A stretch of 64,000 nt of DNA from IMG/VR virus record IMGVR_UViG_3300017989_000082, positions 1-64,000 of that record; one strand, written 5' to 3'. Shown piece after piece: positions 44,281-55,178 of this stretch. How positions within the stretch are numbered: the stretch's first letter is position 1; every line of letters starts with the position of its first letter. The position numbers were made by a program, and so were the translations under genes. This DNA comes from a virus. The notes under the pieces were generated by a model. It ran no database searches. It was not told where the DNA came from and saw only the letters and a program-made list of their open reading frames with translations.

Positions 44281-44765
44281 TGGCAAGAGATATTGACCTC
44301 GGCGGACTTGATAATGTTTTTGATAACGCCGCCAGAAATATTAAAGAGGTTTTTCAGCAATACGGGAAAGACGAGGCAGGTGTTCGTTTTTCCAGGATAT
44401 ACACTGAGGACGAACCAAACCCTCGCTCGCACTCATTGGCTATTGTACTTGATAACCACGAGCATCAGCTTCGTTCTTGGATTGGAAGACAGAAAAGAAA
44501 TTTCACAATAGTTATGAATTTTAACATTATTTACTATCACGAGCAGCCGGAGAATGATGCAAGAAAAAAAGAGGTTCAAAAGATCATTTGGGGAATATGC
44601 CAAATTCTTCTAAAGCATAATACCCTTAATGGCTTTTGTGATAGATTGGGTAGTACGGTTACGGGGTCTGAATATGTTCGTCGGCAAATTAACAATAATA
44701 TAATGTCGGCGGGATTGGTACGAGTAACACTGAGAAAGCTTCATACTGTAACTGATATTGATTAG
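44280..44765 (+). CDS. Putative tail terminator
   Basis: Directly upstream of the tail tube gene; TLNG motif. Confidence 0.55.
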   Translation: MARDIDLGGLDNVFDNAARNIKEVFQQYGKDEAGVRFSRIYTEDEPNPRSHSLAIVLDNHEHQLRSWIGRQKRNFTIVMNFNIIYYHEQPENDARKKEVQKIIWGICQILLKHNTLNGFCDRLGSTVTGSEYVRRQINNNIMSAGLVRVTLRKLHTVTDID

Positions 44766-44780
44766 AAGGAGGTGCCATAA

Positions 44781-46778
44781 ATGAGCGTAACAGCCGTTGG
44801 ACCTGCCGTTGGTGCGAGGGGCCAAGTTGGTATCTCTCAGGAAGGTGCATGGGGAAAAAAGCAACCTGCCCCAACTGCCTTTATTGAGATGACCGGCGAG
44901 GGGGTTGTCAGCGAGCTTGGCTCCCTGATTTCCAATTCGCTTCGTGCTGATCGGGCGATCCACAAAAGTATCCGCGGCATTGAATCCGCTGGCGGAGACA
45001 TCAATGTTGAAGTCACGGCCGAGGGGCTTGGCACCATGTTCAAGCATGCTCTTGGTCAAGTTGAAACCACACGGCTTGATTCCGCTTTTGTTCTGAAAGT
45101 AACCGATGGCAGCGTCACGAGTGCTGTCCTCACCATTACCACAGACGCAAGCGGATACGCCACAAACTTTGCCGTTGCCCTTACGGGTGGAACAGGGTCA
45201 GGAATTGACCAAGCCATTTCCGATACCACCGCCGATACCATTGCAGAGCTTATGGCTGCAATCAACGCAGGCGGCACAGGGTTGGCGGCATACAGTCCCA
45301 CCAGTTATGCCGGTGGTGGCACAGGGGAAACCCTACTGGCCGCGGATTATGCCGATGGAACCGATGCGAGTAACCTGCTTGAAGGTGTTACGGACATCGA
45401 GCTTATCGGTGGCCCCGGCGCAACCAAGGATTTCCTTGTATGCTTTGGCTGGGGAGTGTATCAGCATGTGATTGATGCTGCGCCCACTCTGCCTGCCGGG
45501 CTGACACTTGAAATCGGAAGAGACATTGCCGCGTTTACCTATGCCGGTGCCAAGGTTGACACCATGAACATCACTGCTGAAACCGGTGAGATTCTCACCG
45601 GCACTTTCGGCATGATGGCTAAGGGAGCAACCACAGCCAGCCGAGCCGTTGCCGCAAGTGGCAACACGGGCAATGCCAAAAATGCGCTTCGGCTGATTTA
45701 TGCAGGAGAAGAAGCTGCCTGCACTGTTGAGATTGACAAGGCCAATCACCAGTTCATTATTGACAGCGATGATGATGACGAGGATATCATCCTTGATATC
45801 AGCATTCCCTATGTTGATCCTGCAACGGGCATGGTCTACAATGTCGATACCATTGGTGGTCTTGTCAGCTATCTTAACAGCCTGAGCTACATCACGGCCT
45901 TTATTGCCAACTACACGGACCTTGATGCTGATTCCAGCTATCTGCTGGATGTTGGTCCCGTCAGCATTATCGCGGAAACGTGGTTGAATTTTGACACCAC
46001 CGATGTTGCCAGCCAGCCTGTAACATGGGGCGATTATATCGGTGAGGATTCCGGCACCAGTGTTGAAATCCTGTGTGATATTGTTGGCGCAGGGGCTCCT
46101 GGCGTGGCAACCATCCGGTTCAGTGGTGATGGCGGCAGTACATGGGGTGATACCTTCACCACCAGCGCCACCGTACCTACCGAGGCTCGCATCGCAAGCA
46201 ATGTGAACACTGGCTTCACCGTTTTCTTCCCGGATAACACGGCACTTCAGAGTGGCGACCAGTGGACCATTGAAACCTTCAAGCTTGCTGATTCCGCAAC
46301 GTACAGCGAGCTTGATCCATTTGCCGGGTTTGACGGTGCATTGACCATTGATGGCAGTGCCCAACCGGTCATGGCATGGAATTGCACACTGAACAACAAC
46401 ATCTATGCCGACAAGTATGATCTCGGTTCACGGCAGCGGGCAGCATTGCCCGAGCAGCGCCGCACGACCGAGGGCACCATGACGGTTGAGTTTGACAACC
46501 TTGATCTTTATCGCCGGTTTGTCAACAACACCGAGGGGAACCTGATCATTGTGTTCACGCATGATGATTACATCGCCAATCAGGATTACTCGGCGCTTGG
46601 TAATTCCAAGACAAATTATTCCCTTACCGTCAGGCAGCCGAAGATTCGCTATGATGGCACCACGCCGGTTATTGAGGATGAAGGCATCATTGAGGTTGAG
46701 ATGCCCTACACCAGCCTCCATGCCGACAGCGTGCCTGATCTGCGGATCACGCTGGTTAACAACACTCCCTGTATTTAG
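44781..46778 (+). CDS. Major tail tube protein with inserted accessory domains
   Basis: E.AWG..P, GGDINVE, LTLEIGR...YAGAKVDTM and TEGTMTVEF motifs; followed by a hairpin and then chaperone and TMP genes. Confidence 0.75.
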   Translation: MSVTAVGPAVGARGQVGISQEGAWGKKQPAPTAFIEMTGEGVVSELGSLISNSLRADRAIHKSIRGIESAGGDINVEVTAEGLGTMFKHALGQVETTRLDSAFVLKVTDGSVTSAVLTITTDASGYATNFAVALTGGTGSGIDQAISDTTADTIAELMAAINAGGTGLAAYSPTSYAGGGTGETLLAADYADGTDASNLLEGVTDIELIGGPGATKDFLVCFGWGVYQHVIDAAPTLPAGLTLEIGRDIAAFTYAGAKVDTMNITAETGEILTGTFGMMAKGATTASRAVAASGNTGNAKNALRLIYAGEEAACTVEIDKANHQFIIDSDDDDEDIILDISIPYVDPATGMVYNVDTIGGLVSYLNSLSYITAFIANYTDLDADSSYLLDVGPVSIIAETWLNFDTTDVASQPVTWGDYIGEDSGTSVEILCDIVGAGAPGVATIRFSGDGGSTWGDTFTTSATVPTEARIASNVNTGFTVFFPDNTALQSGDQWTIETFKLADSATYSELDPFAGFDGALTIDGSAQPVMAWNCTLNNNIYADKYDLGSRQRAALPEQRRTTEGTMTVEFDNLDLYRRFVNNTEGNLIIVFTHDDYIANQDYSALGNSKTNYSLTVRQPKIRYDGTTPVIEDEGIIEVEMPYTSLHADSVPDLRITLVNNTPCI

Positions 46779-47072
46779 CCGCGTGCAGGGGTTCACTATG
46801 GCAGGGGCGGCTTCATCCACCGCCCCTGCCACTCTCCTTTAAGGGGGTGAGCGTGCTTGGAGTATTATGTAGTATGGTTAATTTTTTTGCCATTTATGCT
46901 ATTAACCAGATCACTCTTGCGCTTAATGCGGCTATGCCATTTTTATGCATTTGTTTACAATGGTACGTTCCGAGCCGAGGCAATGCAAATTGCCAAATGG
47001 CTCTGGAAGGTTTTTGAATACATATATGGAAAAGAAGAACTGAACGAACTGGTAGAACAAAGGAGACAAGAA

Positions 47073-47483
47073 ATGGCAGCTATTCACGGTGTACGGGCGG
47101 ATGAGGCGATTCCTTACATTTCCCAAACCCAAAAAGATGACCCTGAGGACGAGCTTGTTACATGGCAGGTGAAGTTTTTGACCGTCAGAGAATATGCCGA
47201 CATTCAGGATGAGCTCTTTAAGTCGAGCGGCATGGGCAAGAAGCGGGAAGAAAAATTTCTGCTTGGTAAACAGGCCATGTTGGCGCTCCGAAAAGGGCTT
47301 GTTGGGTGGAAAAATTTCAACTATTCCGATAAAACCCCTGTCGAGTGGGAAGACCCCAATAGGGGAAGGGATGCCGCCGACCGTGACAGAATCATGGATT
47401 CAAATCTGAACAAAATTCCCCCGGAGATCCGTAACGAATTGGCGGATTACATCCGAGGGGAGTCGCGGTTGGGGGAAGATTAA
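47073..47483 (+). CDS. Tail assembly chaperone (gpG-like)
   Basis: AAGGAG RBS; GLVGWKNF motif; lies between tube and TMP; ends at slippery GGGGGAA. Confidence 0.75.
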   Translation: MAAIHGVRADEAIPYISQTQKDDPEDELVTWQVKFLTVREYADIQDELFKSSGMGKKREEKFLLGKQAMLALRKGLVGWKNFNYSDKTPVEWEDPNRGRDAADRDRIMDSNLNKIPPEIRNELADYIRGESRLGED

Positions 47484-48001
47484 CCCAAGCCTTGCGGCTT
47501 GCGATCCGCTGGGCAGTTTATTTAGAGGTTAACAAGGGGAAGTCTGACTCTTACAATTGCGTGTATTGTGAGTCTAAGGGATTACAGAAGCAAAGAAATT
47601 GCGACGGAGATTTAACAGGGTATTGCAAACGGGGAGGTCATGGCTATTTTGAGTTTGAAGACCTCATTATCAATGATAAAGGGCAGGCCGTTTGTCCGGC
47701 TTGCGAAAAACCCGTTGAAATGCCCTTTAAGCTCCAACTTGGTAAGACTTTTTGGATATGGCGGTGCCCGGTATTGGAGATTGACCATTCGGCCATTCAC
47801 CTAATACAAATGGTTAACTGGTCAGAGGCCATGCACCAAACACCCTCTGGCCTGCCGCTATACGATGAAAGTAATTTGTTTTTTGAAATTCGCAATTTCG
47901 TTTTAAACGAGCAAAGAACTGCTCGTGAGGAAATGGAAAAGAAACAACCAAGCGATGCACGCAAAAGTAAACAGGGTTCCCGCCCCCGAAAGAGGCGTTA
48001 A
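47471..48001 (+). CDS. Tail assembly chaperone -1 frameshift extension (gpGT-like), Cys-rich
   Basis: The -1 frame is open from GGGGGAA (47471-47477) to 48001, and no strong RBS of its own is visible. Confidence 0.7.
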   Translation, partial: GGRLTQALRLAIRWAVYLEVNKGKSDSYNCVYCESKGLQKQRNCDGDLTGYCKRGGHGYFEFEDLIINDKGQAVCPACEKPVEMPFKLQLGKTFWIWRCPVLEIDHSAIHLIQMVNWSEAMHQTPSGLPLYDESNLFFEIRNFVLNEQRTAREEMEKKQPSDARKSKQGSRPRKRR

Positions 48002-48029
48002 CCCTGTTTTCTTTTTTGGAGCTTGATAA

Positions 48030-51000
48030 ATGAAAGACTTTAAGCTTTCTTTTAAAATTGTCAATGAGGCAAGCGCTACCCTCAATCAGGTAATCAAAGA
48101 CATTGATGCGGTAAAGAGTGCCTCTTCCGAATTAAACAGGGTCAAGCTTGGTGAGGTTAAACAGCAGTTTAGTCATCTGCACAAGCAGATGCTGAAAGTT
48201 CTTGGTGTATATAAGTCTATACGTAAGTCTTATATAAAGCTAGATAATTTTAAATTTGCTAAACTGTCGGGGGAAATTGGAAAAATTAACACGGCCCTCA
48301 AAACAATTCCAGAACAAGTGAAAGAAGTGAATAATGCTATCGCCACTATCGGTGCGGGCATGGCAGGGTCGCAGTTGCAGCTATCTTTGTCGTCTATGAT
48401 TGCCAGCCTTAAGGGGGCAATTGGCGAGATTGAAAGGGCCATAGTTCGCCTCGAACGAGCTTTTAGCGCAGCCATGAAAGCCATTGGTGCTTTAGGGTCG
48501 GCCACAAAAAAACAAGGAGCCAGTGCAAAACAAACGGCAGATGAATACACTAAAATGTCTAATGCTCTTGGTTTAACTGTTGGGCAAGTTAAATCAGGAG
48601 AAGCCGCTTTTAAGGGCCTCCAGTCTACATTCCGCGGACTGGCGAATGGCCTTAAAACTACCACCACTGCACACATCAATATGACTGCCGCTACCACGAC
48701 GGGCGCAAGAAAATCCCATGCTGCTCTTGCAAAAATATCTAAAGGAATAAAGGGAACTGCCGCTGCAAGTAAGGGTTTTGTTTCCACTGGCAATGTTATG
48801 CTGGATACTCTTCGTGGCATTGGCAGGGGAGCTCTCCAAGTAAATAGGGTCTATTCCCAAACCGCCTCCTCAGTACAGGGGTTTAGTGCAATAGCTTCTA
48901 GTACAAATTCAAGTTTGAAGGGGCTTGCCAGCACCCTTCTTTCTGCCGCTAAGGGTACATCGGGGCTAACGGAAGAAACCAAAAAGGGAACCGGTGCCGC
49001 AAATGAAAACAAAAAAGCGGCTCAAGCTATGGCGGGGGCCAACCAGCAGGTTGCGGACTCTGCAAATAAAACCCAAAAGGCTGTAGGCAGGCTTTCAAGA
49101 ATGTCTGTTGCCGGGTTTAAGGAAATGCTTGTTGGCCAAGCAATGTGGATGATTGGGTTTACCTTGTTGTTGGCCCCAATAGCTCTTTTTACAAGTGCAT
49201 TAAGGGATGCTGTTGCTGTTCAGGATGAATTTGCAAGAACAGTTCGCGTTCTTCGCCCTGCGTCGGGTGATATGGAAGACATGGCAAAGGTTACGGCTGA
49301 AGCCTTTTCTGCCATGAACGATGAGATGGTTAGAACAGGAAAGGGCGCTCAAGACGTATCAGAGGTTCTTTATCAGTTAGGTTCTGCTGGCCTTACAGCG
49401 GAAGAGGCAGTTGCCGCCCTTCGCTCAACAATGGATGTTATTGTCGGTACAGAAGCCGACGTTACGGCAATTACCAAAACTATTGCTGGAATTTATAATA
49501 ACCTCGGAAACCAAATGTATGAGGCGGCTGATGGCTCCATTCAGTTTGTCAATGCCCTAGATGCACAAGCGCAAGGATTAAAGAGAAATACAGATCTATC
49601 AAAGGGCTTTGCCGCTATTAATGACGTTTTGGTTGCCGCCTTCCGTGACCACCAGATAGAAATGTCAGAGTTAAATGATGGTCTTCGCTATAGTATAGCC
49701 ACAGCCAGTATTGCCGGTGTAACATATACAGAGTTGGTAGGCGTTCTTGCTACCCTCAACGACCACATGGTTAAAGCGGGTGTTGCAGGCCGTTCGTTTC
49801 AGTCTATGTTATCGAGAATAGTTAAAAGCCCGGTAGATTTTGCTAAAGCGTTTCATATTGAACTTCCAGCAGATCAGCCCCTTAATGTTTTAAATCTTTT
49901 TGAACAACTACATGAGCAATTAAACCGTGGTGTTTGGACAGTTGAACAGCTTGGTGAAGCTTTTAAGCGCACTGGTCTTCGTGGTGCCAAAACATTTATT
50001 ACCCTTATTCAGCATTTTAATGATGTGCAAAAAAATATACAAGATTTGACACATGATGTTACTGGGGCTGCCGAGACAATGGCAGATATTATGCTGGATC
50101 GCCCGGCCGCGGCCCTTGACAGGTTATATCAGGCGCTTGTTCAAATTATTAGAATTTCTCTTGATCCAATAATTAAAACATTTTTTGGCCTGATTAAAGT
50201 TGTAAATCTGGCATTTCGTTCTGTTTACGATCTGTATAGTTCTCTACCTATTCTGGTCCAGCGGTTTGTTGATCTTGGTATAGGGACCATAACCCTTGGT
50301 GCTTTAATTCTTGGCTTTGGAAAGCTTAAAAAGAGCATAGATATTGCCAAAAGAGTTGCGGCACTTTATCGTCTATCTATGATAAAGCTTAATACGGCCA
50401 TTAAAAGTGGTACTGTTTTAAATACGGCATATAATTTCTCTTTAAGGGCAATGAGAACAGCCTACCATCAGGTTACTAAAGCAGCCGCAGGGTTTGCGAC
50501 TACAATGCTACTGATTGCAAGAAATATAAAGGCAACGGCCCTAATCCCCGTGGCATATTTTCACGAATTAGCGGTGGCGATCAGTGCGGCTGGGATTCAA
50601 ATGGGGACTATGACCGGGCTGTTTGCGTTTTCAAATACCGCCATGATAGCTTTTGGCGCTACTGTTGCCACGGTAACACAGTTAGTATTGGCTTTTGTTG
50701 CTGGGACTACGATTGCAGTTTTAGCTTTTGCCGCAATGGTGTTTGGCCTGTCAAGGCTTGATGGGGCCATGAGGAAATCTGACCGAAATATAATTAAGTT
50801 TAATGAATCCTTCCAAAAGGTAGGAGACGCCAGCAAAGAATTAAAAACAAAAATACAAGATGAAGCCATTGAAGCGCAAGGCAGAATAGTTCGCAGTGTT
50901 GGGCTAGATCTTGATTTCTACTCCCGCCGGGTCTTTAACGCCCTAGAGGTTAATACAGACATGGGCGTTGCCCTGAGGGGAACAATTAAGCAGTTAAAAG

Positions 51001-54000
51001 ATAATACTAAGTTTCTTGAGAGGCTAAGGAATTCTGAAAACGCAACCAATGAAGCAAGAAAGAAATCCTTACAAACCTTAAATGAAGGCAGGTATAGAAT
51101 ACAGCAGGCGGAGTTAGCGCTCAAGGCTTATAACGAGCGCATTAAAGAGGTTGGCGCTGAAGGAACAACTGTTTGGGAGGCTCTTGGCTTTGCTATTGTA
51201 GAAAGTGTTCGTTGGGCTATTTCTGGAATTAAAGAGCTTATTATCTGGGCAAAGTCTTTGCAAAATAATTTTAATAGAAATTTTGCTGCCATTACCGACA
51301 GAATAACATATGCTGTAAAGTGGTGGTCTAAGTTATTTAAAGATTTGATTGGGTTTGATGTTTTTCAAGAGCTTGAAATAGGGCGCAAAATCAAGGGGGA
51401 AGAGGATGCAATTAAGCATCTTGAGAAAATAAGAAACGAGGCAGAAGCCATTATACAATCAGAGCCGCTTCTTTTTGGTATCAGGATTCCAGAATTACAA
51501 GATCTTGATAAAACCATTTTTGGTAAAAAGACTGAGGCTTTTGATTTAATATTTGCCAACATCAGCCAAAGTGCTTACGGAATCACTAAAGAGTTTGGCA
51601 AACAGTATGCTGTCAACAAGGCAATACTTGAAGACTCAAGAAAAAGGGCAGAAGCAGACGAGCAAAATCTTAACAACCATGATTTAATTGATGGCAAGAT
51701 GGAAGAGTACCTTAAACTCCTGAAAAAAGCTAATCAGTCACAAAAGGACCACAACGATCTTCTCGATAAAGAGATGAAGCTCTATAAGGTTATCAACGAT
51801 CAAGCCCTTAGTATTGCCAAGGGAATTGAAGAGTCTCAATTTATTGGACTCTATGAGCAGTTGTCCAATAAGGGAATTGAATCATTTGCTAAATTGGAAA
51901 AAGCAAGAGAGGACTTTAATCAGGAATGGATAAATGAAACACATAAGACAACTGCCAATACCCTAGCCAGTTGGGATAAGTTGTTTAGAGAAATGGCCAC
52001 AAAAGGGGAGCTCACTGTTGGCCGGGCCTTTGAGATGTGGAACACCTTCCAGAGTGAAGGTGGTGCGGCTATCAGTGCAGTTATTGGTAAAATTGAAGAG
52101 CTTAATACTGCAATAATTGAATCCGAAAGAAAGGTTCGGGGTTTAAAAGAAGAGTTACAAGAAATGGCCGCGACCAAATTTGAAGGGCTGCTTAAGCTAA
52201 GGGAAACCTTCGATATTGGTACAAGCGCTTTAACAAAGATGGGCAAGGAGATTGAAAAAAACAGAGAAAAGCTCGATAAATTAAAGCTTAAGGCTGCTGG
52301 CCTAAAAGATAAACTTGGCGATTTTGACGTTGGAAGATTTTCATATGATCCAAAAGAGTATGCAAAATACCAAAAGAAGATGGATCAGCTTGACAAGCTT
52401 CAAAATCGTTCAAATATGACTCAGCGCCAGTATAATAAATTACTGGTCCGCCAGCAGGGATTGATTCGCCAAGTGCAAGCCTTATATGGTGAAAATATTG
52501 TATTGCTTGAGGGAACCCTTAAGGGCTATAAGGATACCACCGCGCAAATAGAAAAGAACCTAGTTGCTGAACGAGAAATTGCGGCGCAAGCTGGAGATAA
52601 TTTTAATGTAAGGGCGGGGGCGCTTGAAAAGCAAAAAGCTCTTCTTGAAAAACAATTAGGTTTTATTCAGAAGGCAGCAGATAAAGAGGTTCAAATTATT
52701 GATCTGGCTGTAGCGGCTGGGTTAAAATCTGAAGTGGAAGGAAGAGATGAAAAGGCAAAGTTATATTGGGATTATAAAAAGCAACTTGAATCAGTTTATA
52801 ATGATCTAGAAAATACCCAGAGGAAACTGATTAATAATGAAGTTAAGCGCCAGCAAGAGCTAAGAGATCAAAGATTAAAGCAGCTTGATATACTTAATGA
52901 TCTTAATGAAGCTATGAACCGCATGACAGAAGCCGTGGTTATTTTCATTACGCTTTTGGCTGGGGATAAAGCTGGCCCATTGCTTGATGGTCTTCTGAGG
53001 CGGCTAGATAGATCAAAAGAAAAGGTTGAAGCAACAAGGGAAGCTATAAGGGAAATGTTGAGCGAAGGTGCTTCCGGTGCTCCCACTGAGGATATGTTTG
53101 GGGTATCTGATATCGCAGCTAAGGGAGACATGCTTGCGACAAATAATATTACAGGCGCGGCAACGGCGGCAGAGAAACTTGCAAATGAGCTTGCGAGAGC
53201 CAACAAAGAAAGCAGTGCCATAAGTGATTCAATGGATAAATTTGCAGCGGCTAATGAAAAATCTTCTTTGGGGGTTAGTGAGCAAACAGAAAAGATGATA
53301 AAGGCCACTAAAGATGCAGGGGCGCATTGGGCTGGTATATTTGATGAAGCTCTTGGTGATTTCATGCCTGTAATTTCTGCCACCGGGGAATACGAAGGCC
53401 ATATTAAGACTATTGTTGATGCCTTCCAAAAACACCGAAAAACACTTGTAGAAGTTAATGGCCACATGGAGGTAATGGATGAAAGTGGCAAAAGGTATGC
53501 ATTAACAATGGATTTGTGGGAAAAGCATTTAGATCGGATTAATACGAAATTGGCAAGCAGTGAGAATATAATTGGAAATAACAATAAAAAATCTGCAAAA
53601 ATAATTGAAAACTTTAAACTATCGCAAAGAGAAATAGAGGGAATGATATCTGGAATTAGTGAATTTGGTAAGCAGTGGGGTGCGGCAGCTGATGGGTTTG
53701 CTATTGGTGGGGCCGGTATTCCGGGCTTTGATGCTGGCTTTGAAAACGATCTTGAATTATATAAATCAAAAATAGCTGAAATTTTTGCTGCTCTACAGAA
53801 AGGCGGAGAAGCAACAAAAATAATTGGCGATCAAATAGTTTTAAACACAGAGAAAGGCAAAAGGTTTTCCATGAGCGTAAGCCTATACAGTAAGCTTATG
53901 GGTGAAGTAGCTAATAAAAACAGAGCCGCCGCCGAAGAGAAAGCGAGAGAGTTTGAGGAGCAGGCAAAAGTTAATAATCTAACCGCGGAGGCGGCTAAAA

Positions 54001-55178
54001 GGTTGGAGGCTAATAAGAATGCCGTAAATGCAATTAAAGAAGAAACAGCGAGATTGGCTGAAGAATATAGAAGAGCAAAAGAAGAATCTAAGGAGGCGTT
54101 TGACCTTACTCCCAAACTAGATCCTGCGGCCTTTGAGGAGGTTGAAAGGATCCACCGTGAGTATATAGCCAATCCTGATCTTTTTAAGCCAAAAATAAAA
54201 CCGGAAATTGATCTTTCGGAAACGTTTAGTTCAGAAAAAATAAATTTTTTAACTGCTGGGTTGTCGGAACTGCAAGCTGAAGCAGACACTATTGAGGGTT
54301 TCATGTCTAGAATTGGCTTAACTGCCTCTGATTCTATAAGTCAGTTACAAGTTAATGCAGACACTGCCGCAATAGCTATGAAAGAGTTTGGCTTAACCGC
54401 TTCTGATTCATTAGCCCGTTTACAGGCTGATGCAGACACTGCTGCAATGGCTATAGAAGATTTTGGTTTAACCGCCTATGATTCCATAGATCAGTTGCAA
54501 GCCAATGCAGACACCGTTGCAATGGCTATGAAAGAGTTTGGCTTGTTAGATATAACAATTCCAATTGAAGATAGAGAAGTTATTGCCGCGGAAATGGAGT
54601 TGGATAAACTTAAAAACAAAATTGCTTCCTTAGATAATTCAGTAATTGATATTCGTGTAAACTATACAAGGTCAGGTAGCCCGCCAGAGGGTATGTATTA
54701 TGGCGGTATTGCCAGTGGGGTGCCAATCAGGGTGACGGCCGGGGAGGGATATATACCGCCAGAGTTTACCAAGAAGAATCTTTCTATGCTTCGGGCGTTG
54801 AATGCTGGGGCGGCTGTTCCGACCGGCGGCGCTATTCCCATAGGCAGGTTTGATGGGCCAAGGGGCATTGACAAGATCAAAACTATTTTGCCAACTGGCT
54901 CTTTTGTTCTTAGCCAAAGGGGAATGGATGCTCTGCGGCAAAGCATTAATGATAGCAAGAGTCTTCCTGGTTATCAGGCTGGTGGCGTAGTGGCCAGTGA
55001 TGAAAATGATTTTACAGATATTGCCCCTATTGAAGAAATGAAAGAAGAGGTTGCCGTTTTCAACCTCACCCTTGATGTAGGTGGGCAGAAAAAGACTTAC
55101 CCGCTTTACGGGGATAGGGCAAATATTAACGAAATCAAAAATACCCTTGAGCGTGAAAAAATGACGAGGCTTAATTAA
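48030..55178 (+). CDS. Tape measure protein (2382 aa)
   Basis: TP901-type core (LYQLGSAG...G.AGRSFQSML), coiled coils, hydrophobic segments, and position after the chaperones. Confidence 0.92.
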   Translation: MKDFKLSFKIVNEASATLNQVIKDIDAVKSASSELNRVKLGEVKQQFSHLHKQMLKVLGVYKSIRKSYIKLDNFKFAKLSGEIGKINTALKTIPEQVKEVNNAIATIGAGMAGSQLQLSLSSMIASLKGAIGEIERAIVRLERAFSAAMKAIGALGSATKKQGASAKQTADEYTKMSNALGLTVGQVKSGEAAFKGLQSTFRGLANGLKTTTTAHINMTAATTTGARKSHAALAKISKGIKGTAAASKGFVSTGNVMLDTLRGIGRGALQVNRVYSQTASSVQGFSAIASSTNSSLKGLASTLLSAAKGTSGLTEETKKGTGAANENKKAAQAMAGANQQVADSANKTQKAVGRLSRMSVAGFKEMLVGQAMWMIGFTLLLAPIALFTSALRDAVAVQDEFARTVRVLRPASGDMEDMAKVTAEAFSAMNDEMVRTGKGAQDVSEVLYQLGSAGLTAEEAVAALRSTMDVIVGTEADVTAITKTIAGIYNNLGNQMYEAADGSIQFVNALDAQAQGLKRNTDLSKGFAAINDVLVAAFRDHQIEMSELNDGLRYSIATASIAGVTYTELVGVLATLNDHMVKAGVAGRSFQSMLSRIVKSPVDFAKAFHIELPADQPLNVLNLFEQLHEQLNRGVWTVEQLGEAFKRTGLRGAKTFITLIQHFNDVQKNIQDLTHDVTGAAETMADIMLDRPAAALDRLYQALVQIIRISLDPIIKTFFGLIKVVNLAFRSVYDLYSSLPILVQRFVDLGIGTITLGALILGFGKLKKSIDIAKRVAALYRLSMIKLNTAIKSGTVLNTAYNFSLRAMRTAYHQVTKAAAGFATTMLLIARNIKATALIPVAYFHELAVAISAAGIQMGTMTGLFAFSNTAMIAFGATVATVTQLVLAFVAGTTIAVLAFAAMVFGLSRLDGAMRKSDRNIIKFNESFQKVGDASKELKTKIQDEAIEAQGRIVRSVGLDLDFYSRRVFNALEVNTDMGVALRGTIKQLKDNTKFLERLRNSENATNEARKKSLQTLNEGRYRIQQAELALKAYNERIKEVGAEGTTVWEALGFAIVESVRWAISGIKELIIWAKSLQNNFNRNFAAITDRITYAVKWWSKLFKDLIGFDVFQELEIGRKIKGEEDAIKHLEKIRNEAEAIIQSEPLLFGIRIPELQDLDKTIFGKKTEAFDLIFANISQSAYGITKEFGKQYAVNKAILEDSRKRAEADEQNLNNHDLIDGKMEEYLKLLKKANQSQKDHNDLLDKEMKLYKVINDQALSIAKGIEESQFIGLYEQLSNKGIESFAKLEKAREDFNQEWINETHKTTANTLASWDKLFREMATKGELTVGRAFEMWNTFQSEGGAAISAVIGKIEELNTAIIESERKVRGLKEELQEMAATKFEGLLKLRETFDIGTSALTKMGKEIEKNREKLDKLKLKAAGLKDKLGDFDVGRFSYDPKEYAKYQKKMDQLDKLQNRSNMTQRQYNKLLVRQQGLIRQVQALYGENIVLLEGTLKGYKDTTAQIEKNLVAEREIAAQAGDNFNVRAGALEKQKALLEKQLGFIQKAADKEVQIIDLAVAAGLKSEVEGRDEKAKLYWDYKKQLESVYNDLENTQRKLINNEVKRQQELRDQRLKQLDILNDLNEAMNRMTEAVVIFITLLAGDKAGPLLDGLLRRLDRSKEKVEATREAIREMLSEGASGAPTEDMFGVSDIAAKGDMLATNNITGAATAAEKLANELARANKESSAISDSMDKFAAANEKSSLGVSEQTEKMIKATKDAGAHWAGIFDEALGDFMPVISATGEYEGHIKTIVDAFQKHRKTLVEVNGHMEVMDESGKRYALTMDLWEKHLDRINTKLASSENIIGNNNKKSAKIIENFKLSQREIEGMISGISEFGKQWGAAADGFAIGGAGIPGFDAGFENDLELYKSKIAEIFAALQKGGEATKIIGDQIVLNTEKGKRFSMSVSLYSKLMGEVANKNRAAAEEKAREFEEQAKVNNLTAEAAKRLEANKNAVNAIKEETARLAEEYRRAKEESKEAFDLTPKLDPAAFEEVERIHREYIANPDLFKPKIKPEIDLSETFSSEKINFLTAGLSELQAEADTIEGFMSRIGLTASDSISQLQVNADTAAIAMKEFGLTASDSLARLQADADTAAMAIEDFGLTAYDSIDQLQANADTVAMAMKEFGLLDITIPIEDREVIAAEMELDKLKNKIASLDNSVIDIRVNYTRSGSPPEGMYYGGIASGVPIRVTAGEGYIPPEFTKKNLSMLRALNAGAAVPTGGAIPIGRFDGPRGIDKIKTILPTGSFVLSQRGMDALRQSINDSKSLPGYQAGGVVASDENDFTDIAPIEEMKEEVAVFNLTLDVGGQKKTYPLYGDRANINEIKNTLEREKMTRLN

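Noticed and set aside
44781-46778. Contractile tail sheath (because of the 665-aa size)
   Set aside because: Motifs fit a tube protein with insertions, and no separate tube gene follows before the chaperones.
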